Below are positions 63,271-64,000 of a stretch of DNA of 64,000 nucleotides, one piece after another. This DNA comes from Leptolyngbyaceae cyanobacterium (GTDB lineage: Bacteria; Cyanobacteriota; Cyanobacteriia; Phormidesmidales; Phormidesmidaceae): NCBI GenBank assembly GCA_965263355.1, contig CBDHHL010000032.1:3520001-3584000 (forward strand), read 5' to 3'. A program made the position numbers and the translations under genes. Positions within the stretch are counted from its first letter, which is position 1; every line of letters begins with the position of its first letter. The notes below the pieces were generated by a model. That model was not told where the DNA came from and did no database searches. It saw only the letters and a list, made by a program, of their open reading frames with translations.

Positions 63271-63888
63271 GTGGATACGAGTGCATGTCTGATGTTGTTC
63301 ACACGGTACCCCGTAGCTGGTAATACCAAAACCAGACTTATTCCCCATCTAGGGGCGGCACGGGCCGCTGAACTCCAACGCTGGATGACGGCATCCATGG
63401 CCAGGGAAATGGCTGCTCTACGTCCGGGGATTGAGCGGCAGATCCATTTTTCTGGTGGGGGACTGTCACAGATGCAGGCCTGGTTAGGAAGACAGTTTAC
63501 CTATTTGCCTCAGTTTGCTGGGGGGTTAGGAAATCGTTTGCACCAGGCATTTATGGGGAATTTTCGGTCGGGAATGAAGGCTGTGGTTGCGATTGGAGCT
63601 GATTGCCCTGAGTTGAGCACTTGTCATTTGGAAAAGGCGTTTAGGCAGCTCCAAACCCATGATGTGGTGCTGGGTCCGGCAGCCGATGGTGGCTATTACC
63701 TGATTGGGTTAAGGTGTCCTCAAGCAAAATTGTTTGAGAATATTCCTTGGGGGACTGGAGAGGTATTTGAGCGGACGGTTGCGATCGCAAACAACCTTCA
63801 TCTATCCATTGCTACCCTGGAGCAGCTTCGGGATGTAGATCGCCCAGAAGATCTGGAGCTATTAAATCAAATCCCCATTTGTATTTAG
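63271..63888 (+). CDS. TIGR04282/DUF2064 family transferase
   Basis: FTRYP..G.TKTRL, IGADCP, LGPA.DGGYYLIG and DVD.PED motifs. Confidence 0.9.
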   Translation: MDTSACLMLFTRYPVAGNTKTRLIPHLGAARAAELQRWMTASMAREMAALRPGIERQIHFSGGGLSQMQAWLGRQFTYLPQFAGGLGNRLHQAFMGNFRSGMKAVVAIGADCPELSTCHLEKAFRQLQTHDVVLGPAADGGYYLIGLRCPQAKLFENIPWGTGEVFERTVAIANNLHLSIATLEQLRDVDRPEDLELLNQIPICI

Positions 63889-63904
63889 TTAATTGCTGTG
63901 ACTC

Positions 63905-63946
63905 ATCGTTTGTAGGGGCGTTCCATGGAACGCCCCTACAAACGAT
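63905..63946. repeat. Perfect GTAG-type REP palindrome
   Basis: ATCGTTTGTAGGGGCGTTCCA|TGGAACGCCCCTACAAACGAT. Same core as the palindrome at 25450. Confidence 0.85.
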
Positions 63947-64000
63947 AAATTTTTAGATTCGGCTAACCTGTTGCGGAATATAGTACCGGGCCTTACTAGG

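Overview
Chromosomal window from a cyanobacterium. It has frequent HIP1 GCGATCGC sites, beta-carboxysome genes and psbP, and is probably a filamentous Leptolyngbyaceae-type organism (inference). Core content: ccmK2K1LMN-O divergent from ndhF4-ndhD4-cupB, a Cu P1B-ATPase, maf/psbP, ppk2, an HtrA protease, a Gld-like ABC operon and conserved small cyanobacterial genes. Accessory content: a Tat-type flavin amine oxidase missed by the ORF track, lying just downstream of a truncated group II intron; an HTH-LRR-Roc-COR protein; a PspA + SBP-OmpA + 2OG-oxygenase run; a Septu/PtuAB-like ATPase-HNH pair 20 bp behind ccmO; a decayed TPR-CHAT gene; a frameshifted DUF697 GTPase; a Wzy-type EPS cluster with a sulfotransferase; a solo dynamin-like gene; and a GT2/GT-C fusion + DUF547 + TIGR04282 cluster. 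I saw no rRNA, tRNA or CRISPR array. All family calls come from motif recognition by eye, not from database searches.
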